From a virus, in the IMG/VR virus record IMGVR_UViG_3300036468_000001: 53,621 nt of DNA; one strand, written 5' to 3'. The position numbers and the translations under genes were made by a program. Shown here one piece after another: positions 18,615-26,741 of this stretch. The notes under the pieces are model-generated. The model searched no databases. It was not told where the DNA came from and saw only the letters and a program-made list of their open reading frames with translations. The first letter of the stretch is position 1. Each line of letters opens with the position of its first letter.

Positions 18615-19951
18615 GGGTTCTCATCGTCGATTTTGACCGCACCGGTCTGGATATGGCATACCGCGCCGCAGAGGGCGGGCATGACGTGCAAATCTGGTCG
18701 CCGCCAAACGCCGACGGCTCACCAGTCATGGCCGGCCACGGATTTCCCGGAATCAAACGCGTCGAAAAGTGGCAAGCCGCCATGTTGTGGGTCGGTAAGA
18801 CGGGACTCGTCGTGAACATGTTCAACGACAAGGAAATCACCCGCGCGATGGATCAATGGCGCGCGCGCGGATACCGCGTGTTCGGACCGTCTGCAAAGAG
18901 TGCCGCGATGGAACACGACCGCGGTGCCGGCATGAAGCTGTTTGAGAAGTTCGGTTTCGAGGTGCCGGAGTACCAGATTTTCCCGACGCTGGAGGCGACG
19001 CTCGCTTACGCGTGGAAATGCCAGGACCCGATGGTTCTGAAGCCAATGGGGGACAACGATGATAAGTCCCTTACCTACGTCGCGCACGACCCGGCCGATC
19101 TGGTGTCGTTCCTTGAAATGAAGAAGACGCACGGAGTGCAGATCAAGGGCCAGCTGATGCTCCAGCAGAAGGTCGACATGATCATGGAGTTGGGCGTGTC
19201 GGCCTGGATGAGCCCTAACGGCTTCTCGCGCGCGCACAATTGCTCAATCGAGTACAAAAAGTTGATGAATGGCGATTACGGGCCTAGCACAGGCGAAATG
19301 GGCGATCTGTCGCGGTACTACACCGACACGTCGGAGAGCATCCTGTCGGACCATCTGATGCGTTTCGAAGAGACGTTGCTCGAAATGGGTCACATCGGAG
19401 ATTTCGCGATCGGCGGCGGTGTGACGACAAAGGGCAAGTATGTGCCGTTCGAGGTGTCCGCCCGTTTCGGTTATCCCGAAATCTTCGCGTTTCTCCACTG
19501 CCATCGGTGCGATCCGATCGAATGGATGAGTTCAATGATCGACGGCGAAGACACGCTCGAAGTAGACGAGCGGCCGGCGGTGTGCGTTGTGATGGCCAAG
19601 CCGCCTTTCCCGCGCTCGAGCGACAGGCCGGCGCAGGACGTCGGCGCAGTGATTACCGGAATTGAGGAAGTCTGGCACCACGTTTCGCCGGTCGAAATGA
19701 TGCTGGAGAAGGGGCCGTGCATGAAAGGTGGCAAGGTCGACACGGATCTCGTCTACAAAACCACCGGGAATTACATCTGCACGGTTACCGCGCAAGGCTC
19801 CGATGTGCATGATGCGATCGAGGAAGTCTACGCGGCGGCCGGCCGGATCAAGTACCAGGACCGGATGCTGAGAACGGACATTGCCAAGGATCTCGAAAAG
19901 AAGATTCCCAAGGCCAAGGCGCTCGGCTTCAGAGAATTGCCTGACTGGTAG
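18611..19951 (+). CDS. ATP-grasp enzyme, PurD (glycinamide ribonucleotide synthetase)-like
   Basis: GTG start after GGGAGG. FGPSAKSAAMEHDRGAGMKLFEKFG, YKKLMNGDYGPSTGEMG and FEVSARFGYPE match the PurD blocks FGP...LE.SK, DHKR..DGD.GPNTGGMG and EFN.RFGDPE. Confidence 0.6.
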   Translation: MRVLIVDFDRTGLDMAYRAAEGGHDVQIWSPPNADGSPVMAGHGFPGIKRVEKWQAAMLWVGKTGLVVNMFNDKEITRAMDQWRARGYRVFGPSAKSAAMEHDRGAGMKLFEKFGFEVPEYQIFPTLEATLAYAWKCQDPMVLKPMGDNDDKSLTYVAHDPADLVSFLEMKKTHGVQIKGQLMLQQKVDMIMELGVSAWMSPNGFSRAHNCSIEYKKLMNGDYGPSTGEMGDLSRYYTDTSESILSDHLMRFEETLLEMGHIGDFAIGGGVTTKGKYVPFEVSARFGYPEIFAFLHCHRCDPIEWMSSMIDGEDTLEVDERPAVCVVMAKPPFPRSSDRPAQDVGAVITGIEEVWHHVSPVEMMLEKGPCMKGGKVDTDLVYKTTGNYICTVTAQGSDVHDAIEEVYAAAGRIKYQDRMLRTDIAKDLEKKIPKAKALGFRELPDW

Positions 19952-19974
19952 GACACAACAACCAATCGCATCCA

Positions 19975-19998
19975 GCCCGCTTTGAGCGGGCTTTTTTA
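19975..19998 (+). terminator. rho-independent terminator
   Basis: Hairpin GCCCGC-TTTGA-GCGGGC followed by TTTTTTATT. Confidence 0.7.
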
Positions 19999-20015
19999 TT
20001 CATAAATCGCGCGGG

Positions 20016-20264
20016 GTGAACGTGACGAATCATGACGAAATGCAGGCCGACATCGCCGAGAACAAACAGGGGCTCGCAGTTCACGAGGCCGTTTGCGCTG
20101 AGCGATACGCTGGAATCCAGACATCTTTCAACCGCGGCGAAGAGCGGATGCAGCGAATCGAGAAGAAGTCCCAGCGTATTGAGTATGTCCTTTATTTCCT
20201 GCTGCTAGTCGTGATCGGCGGAAAGGATGTAGCTGTCAGGGTATTCGAGTTGCTCGTCAAATGA
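20016..20264 (+). CDS. membrane protein upstream of the endolysin (holin/antiholin candidate)
   Basis: Single C-terminal hydrophobic helix YVLYFLLLVVIGG. GTG start, with an alternative ATG at 20040. Overlaps the endolysin start. Confidence 0.45.
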   Translation: MNVTNHDEMQADIAENKQGLAVHEAVCAERYAGIQTSFNRGEERMQRIEKKSQRIEYVLYFLLLVVIGGKDVAVRVFELLVK

Positions 20265-20731
20265 ATCCGACTATTCTGGCCCTGCTGATCGCCGAGCTGC
20301 GCCGCGATGAGGGTGTGAAGTACGTTGAGTATCTCGACAGCAAAGGCATCCCGACGACGGGTGTAGGGCACAACCTTCAGGTTTCGCCATTGCCAGATGG
20401 ATGGACGTATCCGCTGAGTGATGCGCAGGTCAATCAGCTTCTGACGCAGGATCTCGCCAATACGTTTGCGCAGCTCAACGCCAATCTGCCGTGGTGGCAG
20501 AAGCTGGACGCCGTTCGTCAGCGAGTGATCGCGAACATGTGTTTCAACATGGGCATCGGCACGCTGCTTCAGTTTCACAACACGCTGGCTGCGATGCAGG
20601 CCGGAAATTATGCCTCGGCGGCGAGCGGAATGCTTGCTTCCGTTTGGGCAACGCAAGTCGGCGCGCGTGCGACACGTCTCGCGCAAGCAATGAAGACGGG
20701 CGTCATGCCGGACGAGCCGGTGACTACGTAA
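20261..20731 (+). CDS. endolysin, GH24 (T4-type) lysozyme
   Basis: LRRDEGVKYVEYLDSKGIPTTGVGHNL carries the E-D-T catalytic pattern. Confidence 0.85.
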   Translation: MNPTILALLIAELRRDEGVKYVEYLDSKGIPTTGVGHNLQVSPLPDGWTYPLSDAQVNQLLTQDLANTFAQLNANLPWWQKLDAVRQRVIANMCFNMGIGTLLQFHNTLAAMQAGNYASAASGMLASVWATQVGARATRLAQAMKTGVMPDEPVTT

Positions 20732-20761
20732 AGCCGCGCGAAATATTCCGAAAATTATTCC

Positions 20762-20788
20762 AACCGCCTCAGGGCGGTTTTTTCGTTT
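20762..20788 (+). terminator. rho-independent terminator
   Basis: Hairpin AACCGCC-TCAG-GGCGGTT followed by TTTTCGTTT. Confidence 0.7.
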
Positions 20789-20800
20789 CTGGAGCCTCAA

Positions 20801-21349
20801 ATGCCCCGTTGCAGTCACGGAACACCGCTTGAACAGCCATGCAGCAAATGCACCGCCGAAGGAATGGAAAAGGTCACGGAGGCGCACACGGAGAAGGAAA
20901 CCCTGTCTGTGGCTGTGAACATTCCCAGCCACGAAGAGCGCAAGACCACCGCGTTATTCGAGCGCACCCGCAAGGAACTGATCGAGAGCGGCGGCGGCCG
21001 GTGCTTCATCTGCAACGCAACGGCCGAGGAATCCGGTCACCCGCTCGAGGCTCACCACCACCCAATCGAGCGATCGATGGCCGAACTGATCGATTGGGAC
21101 CGTTTCAAGGCAGACGCGCAAGCCGGCGTGTGGGGCGAAAAGGTCCGTGCGTTCGACTGGGACAACTTCACCGACTGGACGCAGTTTGTCGACGACATGA
21201 CGGTCAACGGGCTGCTGCTCTGCAAGGCGCATCACATCGGCAAGGACGAAGGCATTCACGCGATGCCGTTCCCGCTGTACATCGCGCAGAAGTACGCGAA
21301 GGAGGGCTACCAGTTCTCCAACGTGGAAGTCATCCACCACCAGGAGTAA
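20801..21349 (+). CDS. HNH-motif protein (putative nuclease)
   Basis: CFIC...LEAHHHPIE...NGLLLCKAHH follows a CxxC/HH/N/CxxHH pattern. Confidence 0.55.
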   Translation: MPRCSHGTPLEQPCSKCTAEGMEKVTEAHTEKETLSVAVNIPSHEERKTTALFERTRKELIESGGGRCFICNATAEESGHPLEAHHHPIERSMAELIDWDRFKADAQAGVWGEKVRAFDWDNFTDWTQFVDDMTVNGLLLCKAHHIGKDEGIHAMPFPLYIAQKYAKEGYQFSNVEVIHHQE

Positions 21350-21352
21350 CCC

Positions 21353-21571
21353 ATGAACCAGACGTCCCCCGCAGCAACCGGTACCACCGGGGCTTTGATC
21401 GGCGCGCTCGTCGTCATCATTTCGGCGATTAGCACCCATTTCAAGATCGATCTGTCGGCTCAGGATCAGGTCTCGATTGCCGGCGGCATTGTTGTTGGCG
21501 CGCATTGGATTGCGGAGCAATACGTCGCGCGTATCGCGGCAAAGAAGTCTTCAGCGCCTGTTCAGCAGTAA
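21353..21571 (+). CDS. two-TM membrane protein (holin candidate)
   Basis: Hydrophobic segments TGALIGALVVIISAI and VSIAGGIVVGAHWI. 72 aa. Confidence 0.5.
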   Translation: MNQTSPAATGTTGALIGALVVIISAISTHFKIDLSAQDQVSIAGGIVVGAHWIAEQYVARIAAKKSSAPVQQ

Positions 21572-21612
21572 TCCAACTGCCGCGACCGCGGCACAACTCC
21601 GAAGGAACCACC

Positions 21613-22077
21613 ATGAAACGTATGCTGCTTGCGGCAGGCATTGCCGCGTGTCTCGCTTTTTCTGGCTGCGCATCGACCGGCTCACCGAAAATTCCAACGC
21701 CCCAGCAACTGGTGAGCGACTTCTGCCCGACGGTCAATGCCGACCTCAAACTTCTGGCCGCGTCACCGCTGCTCAATGCTTCGCAACAGCAACTGTTGAA
21801 TGGCGTGCCCGGTGACGCGACGCATCCCGGCATCATCGCGATCAACAGTGCGGTTTGCGCGGCCGGCGGTCAGATCAATGTGACCGATCTGCAAACGCTC
21901 AACAACACGGCGTTTCCTGCGCTCATCGAGCTGGTCGGGGCGCTCCCGATGCTTCCGAATCAGCCAGCGATTCTGCTCGGCCTGACACTTGCTCAGCCGA
22001 TCCTGAATCAGATCGTCGCGCAAGTTATGCCGGCGGCTCCTGCGGCCGCTAGTGCACCGGCCGCCGCGAGCCAGTAA
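21613..22077 (+). CDS. lipoprotein
   Basis: Signal peptide with lipobox LAFSGC. GAAGGA RBS. Confidence 0.65.
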   Translation: MKRMLLAAGIAACLAFSGCASTGSPKIPTPQQLVSDFCPTVNADLKLLAASPLLNASQQQLLNGVPGDATHPGIIAINSAVCAAGGQINVTDLQTLNNTAFPALIELVGALPMLPNQPAILLGLTLAQPILNQIVAQVMPAAPAAASAPAAASQ

Positions 22078-22676
22078 TGACGCCGCATGACTTCGCGCTG
22101 CTGGCGCAGGAAGCCTATTCCGTGGCGCCAGACATTGGCAAAGCGGATAGCGCTTCTCGCGCCATCGTACGTACGACTGCGGACGGTCTGTGCGTTGCCT
22201 TCCCGGGATCGGACAACGCGGACTGCTGGGGTGCGGACTTCGACATTGTGCCGGTAGCCGTGAAAGGGGTCGGCGAGGTTCATCAAGGCTTCTGGAACGC
22301 CTGGCAGGCTATCGCACCACAAGTGGTGACCGCAATCGGCGATCAGCCTGTGACGCTTGTTGGCCATTCTCTAGGCGCCGCGATCGCGATTCTCGCTGCG
22401 GCATCACTGGTGATGGCGGGAAAGCCGCCGGCGGCTGTCTATGGCTTCGAGCCTCCGCGCGTGAGTCCCGGAATCGGTGTGCGGTCAGCGCTCTCCAAGG
22501 TGCCAGTTCATCTGTATAAGAACGGTCTCGACATCGTGCCGGATCTGCCGCCTAACTGGCAGCACGCCGCAACCCTGATTCATATCGGCACGCCACAACT
22601 GCCTTTTCCCAACACGCTGGATCACCAGATTGAAAGGGTGATTCTCGCTCTGTCTGCGCAGTCTCCGCCAGCTTGA
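22077..22676 (+). CDS. class-3 lipase / alpha-beta hydrolase
   Basis: Nucleophile elbow VTLVGHSLGAAIA. TAATGA coupling to the lipoprotein gene. Confidence 0.7.
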   Translation: MTPHDFALLAQEAYSVAPDIGKADSASRAIVRTTADGLCVAFPGSDNADCWGADFDIVPVAVKGVGEVHQGFWNAWQAIAPQVVTAIGDQPVTLVGHSLGAAIAILAAASLVMAGKPPAAVYGFEPPRVSPGIGVRSALSKVPVHLYKNGLDIVPDLPPNWQHAATLIHIGTPQLPFPNTLDHQIERVILALSAQSPPA

Positions 22677-22691
22677 AAAAACCGACCCATC

Positions 22692-22717
22692 AAGCCGCCT
22701 TCGGGCGGCTTTTTTAT
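22692..22717 (+). terminator. rho-independent terminator
   Basis: Hairpin AAGCCGCC-TTCG-GGCGGCTT followed by TTTTATT. Confidence 0.7.
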
Positions 22718-22731
22718 TGCCTGGACCAAAC

Positions 22732-25056
22732 ATGACCACCGTTACTCTCGCGCCTCTGGTTAAGCAGCAGTTCAACCAGAATGGGATTCCGCTGGCCGGC
22801 GGCAAGCTGTTCGTCTACAACGCCGGAACGACAACGAAGGCACTCACTTACACGGACGCCACAGGCGACACGCCGAACACCAACCCGATCATTCTCGACG
22901 CCAACGGCCAGTGCGGCGTCTGGCTTTTGCCAACCCTCGCGTACAAATTCATTCTGTCGCCGGCGACCGATACCGATCCGCCGACGAACCCATTCTGGAC
23001 GGTCGACAACGTAACGACCGTCCAGGGCGTCGCTGTCGGAGACATGACGGACGAAAAAGGCAGCGGCGGCACCTACGGATTCGCCGCAAACGTCGATTTC
23101 ACACCCGGCACCACGACGCAACTGACGCTATCCCAGAATTACGGCAGCTCGGGCAATTTGTGGGTGACCTTCGACGGCACGGAGCAGGGCGCAGATACGT
23201 TTTCTCTGGGCGGCACGAACAATACCGTTCTGACGTTCAATGCCCCGATTCCTGTGGGGGTCCAGAAGGTCTACGTCAAAGGCGGCACTGCGCTTACGAT
23301 CGGCACGCCTGGCGCGGGGACCGTCGGCGACGCCCAAATCAACCAGAGCAGCAATCTGTACATCCACGCCTATTCCTTCGTCGGTTCAAAGGATGTCGGC
23401 GCGCTGGGCAACGGAACGACCGATGACCATACAGCCGTTCAGAACGCCGGATCGCTGGCGTCGAGTTCTGGAAAGTTGCTACTCGTGACGCCCGGCACTT
23501 ACCTTATCGGCTCGAGCATCGCATTCGCGGGGCCGGTCGAGTTCATGCCTGGGGCGCAGTTTGTCGTAAAGAGCGGGGCTGTCGTTACCTTCAACGGACA
23601 ACTCACCGGCCCACTGACCAACATCTTCAGCGTGCAAACCGGGGGCAACATTGTTGTCAATCCGGGCACCACGACGGAAGGTTACCCAGAGTGGTTTGGC
23701 GCCCAACCGGGAAATTCCTCGTTCGACTGCGCACCGTATATCAACGCGAGCCTTTCCGTTTTCTCGGTTACGCGTCTTCAGAATACGGTCTACTACACAG
23801 CCACATCGGTCCTTATGGGGCAGAACGGGCAGTCGCTTGTCGGATCAAATCCAAATCTGACCCAAGGCGCTTTTAATTCCTCAGTCATTCAGTGCCAAAG
23901 CGCCGCGGTTACGATTTTGCAGATCGGGCCAAATGTCAATCCTTACCCCGCGTCATTGCAGACGTCGATGGCGGTTCACAACGTTGCGTTCTCTCGGGGT
24001 ACTGCACCAGACATTTCCCAATCCGCGACGGGCATCAAGATTCAATACTGTTCAGGCGTATTGATGAAATGCGTCAGCGTAATTGACTCTGTTGAGTGCT
24101 TCCATCAACTCGGCTCAGCGTATGTGCGTTACGAGCATTGCAACGCGTTCAAGTTGACAGTCGGCATCAACGGGACAGATGCGTTCCACGGATTCAATTT
24201 AGACGGCAGTGCTTATATTGGTTTCTCTGACAGCGGAAATCCTTCGGTCCTGATGTACGACTGTCAGGTAAGCAATCTGCGCGACGCAGACACCACCTGG
24301 GCGCCGGGTAGTGACTATCAGGGTATGTTTGTCCATGGGCAGTACGGCTGGTCGGATGTCTGGATTTTTGATCTGGAAACGAATGGTGTCGGCACAGGGA
24401 TAAACCTCGTTGGGACGGTGAACAATACAACGACGGCGGACTCGTTGAATAAACGCTTCTACGTCTATAACCCGATTCTCGATACGTGCGTTCTTGCGGG
24501 TATTTCGTTCACGAATATCAGTTCTTATGGCGATATTCATGTAATCGGTGGCTATGCCAATTGCAGCAACGCCCAACCTAATCCGGTCGGAATCTCGTAC
24601 TCGTCGTCGAACGGGAACGTCCAGATTTCGCAGTTCATGGTCGAGTGCAATAAGAACCACAGCACGATTGGTGTCGTGTCGTACGCGTCATCAAAAATGG
24701 TTCATCGCGACTGTTCATATCTCGAAGCTTTCGTGACACCCATCCAGCTTAATTCGACTTCACATTTCACATTCATGGATCAAGTGACGAATGATTCCAG
24801 CGCGTCTTCCAATGTGGCGTTCCTCGTGAACAACTGTAACCGGGGCTACATGAACATTGCACTTTCTGGTTACCCAGGCGCCTACGGAGGCGGGATCGAC
24901 CTTGCCGATACGTCGATTCAGTACTGTGAATTCGCATGTTCGCGCATGGACCCTGGCGCAATCACCGGCGGCGTCAAGGTCGTCTACAACGGCACGCCGA
25001 TCACCACGGCCGGCACTTTCGGAACCGGCAACCTCGCTTCTGGGATTATGAACTGA
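22732..25056 (+). CDS. tailspike with a pectate-lyase-like beta-helix domain
   Basis: SKDVGALGNGTTDDHTAVQNAG resembles the Pectate_lyase_3 signature. The N-terminus NGIPLAGGKLFVYNAGT is of tail-fibre type. GC is lower in the C-terminal half. Confidence 0.8.
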   Translation: MTTVTLAPLVKQQFNQNGIPLAGGKLFVYNAGTTTKALTYTDATGDTPNTNPIILDANGQCGVWLLPTLAYKFILSPATDTDPPTNPFWTVDNVTTVQGVAVGDMTDEKGSGGTYGFAANVDFTPGTTTQLTLSQNYGSSGNLWVTFDGTEQGADTFSLGGTNNTVLTFNAPIPVGVQKVYVKGGTALTIGTPGAGTVGDAQINQSSNLYIHAYSFVGSKDVGALGNGTTDDHTAVQNAGSLASSSGKLLLVTPGTYLIGSSIAFAGPVEFMPGAQFVVKSGAVVTFNGQLTGPLTNIFSVQTGGNIVVNPGTTTEGYPEWFGAQPGNSSFDCAPYINASLSVFSVTRLQNTVYYTATSVLMGQNGQSLVGSNPNLTQGAFNSSVIQCQSAAVTILQIGPNVNPYPASLQTSMAVHNVAFSRGTAPDISQSATGIKIQYCSGVLMKCVSVIDSVECFHQLGSAYVRYEHCNAFKLTVGINGTDAFHGFNLDGSAYIGFSDSGNPSVLMYDCQVSNLRDADTTWAPGSDYQGMFVHGQYGWSDVWIFDLETNGVGTGINLVGTVNNTTTADSLNKRFYVYNPILDTCVLAGISFTNISSYGDIHVIGGYANCSNAQPNPVGISYSSSNGNVQISQFMVECNKNHSTIGVVSYASSKMVHRDCSYLEAFVTPIQLNSTSHFTFMDQVTNDSSASSNVAFLVNNCNRGYMNIALSGYPGAYGGGIDLADTSIQYCEFACSRMDPGAITGGVKVVYNGTPITTAGTFGTGNLASGIMN

Positions 25057-25057
25057 C

Positions 25058-26236
25058 ATGAAAAAGCTAATCGTATTTCTCGCTTCGCTGTACATCGCCG
25101 CAACGTATGGCGCGACTACCGTCCCTATTCAATTGCTCAATTCGAGCGGGTCGACTTCGGGGCAGGCGATTGTTTCAACCGGCGCTTCCAGCGCGCCAGC
25201 GTGGGGAAACGTCGCAGCGACCACGCTAGCCGCGCAGGCCGCGAATACGGTAGTGGCGAACGTGACCGGCTCGTCTGCATCGCCGACGGCTTTTGTCATG
25301 CCAAGTTGCAGTGCGACTTCGAATGCACTCACATATACCTCGGGCGCAGGTTTCACCTGCAACACCACGCTTAACGCGACCACGCTTCTCAATAGTTCCT
25401 GGGCCGCGCCCGGCACTATTGGCAGTGCCACACCGAGCAGCGGTGCATTCACGACGCTCAGTGCGAGCAGTACGGTCAGTGGTAGCGGGTTCAGCACCTA
25501 TCTGGCTTCGCCGCCGGCGATTGGCGGTACTGCCGCGGCTCCGGGCACATTCACAACTGTCACCGGCACGTCAGCCGTTATTTCGAATGGTTTGACCAGT
25601 GGGAATTCGATATCCGTATCGTCCACGTCAAACACGAGTAACGGCGCATCGATCCTGTTGACGGGCAATGGAGCGACTACCCCGAACAAATCAATTCGGG
25701 CGTTTAACGGAGCGTTCCAGATCGTGAATTCCGCGTCATCGGCCGTGATTGCATCGGTCGACGACTCCGGAGACCTAGTGACGACGGGATACATCTCGCC
25801 GTCTCAAACTGGCGGCATCGTCGGAACGACGACTAACAACAGCGCCAATGCCGGAAGTGTCGGCGAGTACGTATCCAGCACTATCGCTGCCGGTTCGGCT
25901 GTTACTTTGACGAATGGGACGGCTGCAAACGTAACCTCTATTTCGCTCACTGCGGGCGATTGGGATGTGTTCGGAACTGTTTGCTTTACGCTGGGCAGCG
26001 GCAATACGACGTATGCCGTCATCGGTTCAATTAGCCTTACGAGCGCCACCTACAACTTTCTGCCGGGCTTTTATTTGCCCGGGGTTCCTACAGGCACAAC
26101 TGTAGAGTGCGCCGCGGCAGGAATGATCCGCGAATCGTTTTCGTCCACGACACCGGTATATCTGGTAGCGGGGGCGAGTTGGGCTTCGGGAAGTGCGGCT
26201 GCTTACGGTTTTATCAGTGCGCGCCGTCGTCGCTAG
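25058..26236 (+). CDS. tail fibre-like Ser/Thr/Gly/Ala-rich protein with a signal-peptide-like N-terminus
   Basis: Starts 1 nt after the tailspike stop. N-terminus MKKLIVFLASLYIAATYG. Repetitive beta-rich composition. Confidence 0.6.
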   Translation: MKKLIVFLASLYIAATYGATTVPIQLLNSSGSTSGQAIVSTGASSAPAWGNVAATTLAAQAANTVVANVTGSSASPTAFVMPSCSATSNALTYTSGAGFTCNTTLNATTLLNSSWAAPGTIGSATPSSGAFTTLSASSTVSGSGFSTYLASPPAIGGTAAAPGTFTTVTGTSAVISNGLTSGNSISVSSTSNTSNGASILLTGNGATTPNKSIRAFNGAFQIVNSASSAVIASVDDSGDLVTTGYISPSQTGGIVGTTTNNSANAGSVGEYVSSTIAAGSAVTLTNGTAANVTSISLTAGDWDVFGTVCFTLGSGNTTYAVIGSISLTSATYNFLPGFYLPGVPTGTTVECAAAGMIRESFSSTTPVYLVAGASWASGSAAAYGFISARRRR

Positions 26237-26402
26237 ACAAACCCTGCGAATTTTTCCAGGGACGAAATAACGTCGACCAGGGTTTCCCGAACGCCAAGAG
26301 TCGGGATAATCACGTCTATGCGGACAGGATTGGTCGGGTTGGTATCTTTCATTTTAGAAAGTCTTCGTAAGACAATTGGCCTAAGCGACGCAGTATATCG
26401 CG

Positions 26403-26738
26403 TCACCACACCGTCATCCGTTTCAAAACGGCGATCAGGACAGGCGCTTCCCGACGTTCATCGAAGTCGAACAGATCCTGGTTTGGCTCGACATAAACTG
26501 CCGCCACAAAACGCTCACCAGAATTCAAAACCATCGTGTAAGTGTTTGATTTTATGAGTTCAGATATGTGCATTTCGCTGGGCTGGGAATGCCCGCCAAT
26601 CCCAGCCACCTCATTGTTTTCTATGAGAAATTTCCGATCTTGTTGGGTAATCACTTTCTGTTGATAACTTTTCCACCGAACCCTTTGCAGACTGGGTTTT
26701 GAGTGTGGTGATCCAAAATCGGTCCAAAACTGATCCAA
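26403..26738 (-). CDS. hypothetical protein in the AT-rich segment (moron candidate; may instead be non-coding attP DNA)
   Basis: A 111-codon ORF stays open in AT-rich DNA, but it has only a TTG start and no SD sequence. Confidence 0.35.
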   Translation of the reverse strand: MDQFWTDFGSPHSKPSLQRVRWKSYQQKVITQQDRKFLIENNEVAGIGGHSQPSEMHISELIKSNTYTMVLNSGERFVAAVYVEPNQDLFDFDERREAPVLIAVLKRMTVW

Positions 26739-26740
26739 AA
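26710..26740. repeat. three direct repeats G(A/G)TCCAAAA at 11-bp phasing (candidate integrase arm-type sites, attP P' arm)
   Basis: GATCCAAAA at 26710, GGTCCAAAA at 26721 and GATCCAAAA at 26732, directly after the int stop codon. Confidence 0.4.
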
Positions 26741-26741
26741 T

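Noticed and set aside
21505-21612. An upstream extension of the lipoprotein ORF, starting at 21505 and overlapping the preceding membrane-protein gene.
   Set aside because: The ATG at 21613 is preceded by GAAGGA and yields a canonical signal peptide plus lipobox at the very N-terminus. The extension would bury the signal peptide.
26107-26557. Plus-strand ORFs (26107-26370 and 26318-26557) in the AT-rich segment after the fibre gene.
   Set aside because: They have no RBS and odd composition, and they overlap the probable attP region and the opposite-strand ORF. There is no supporting motif.
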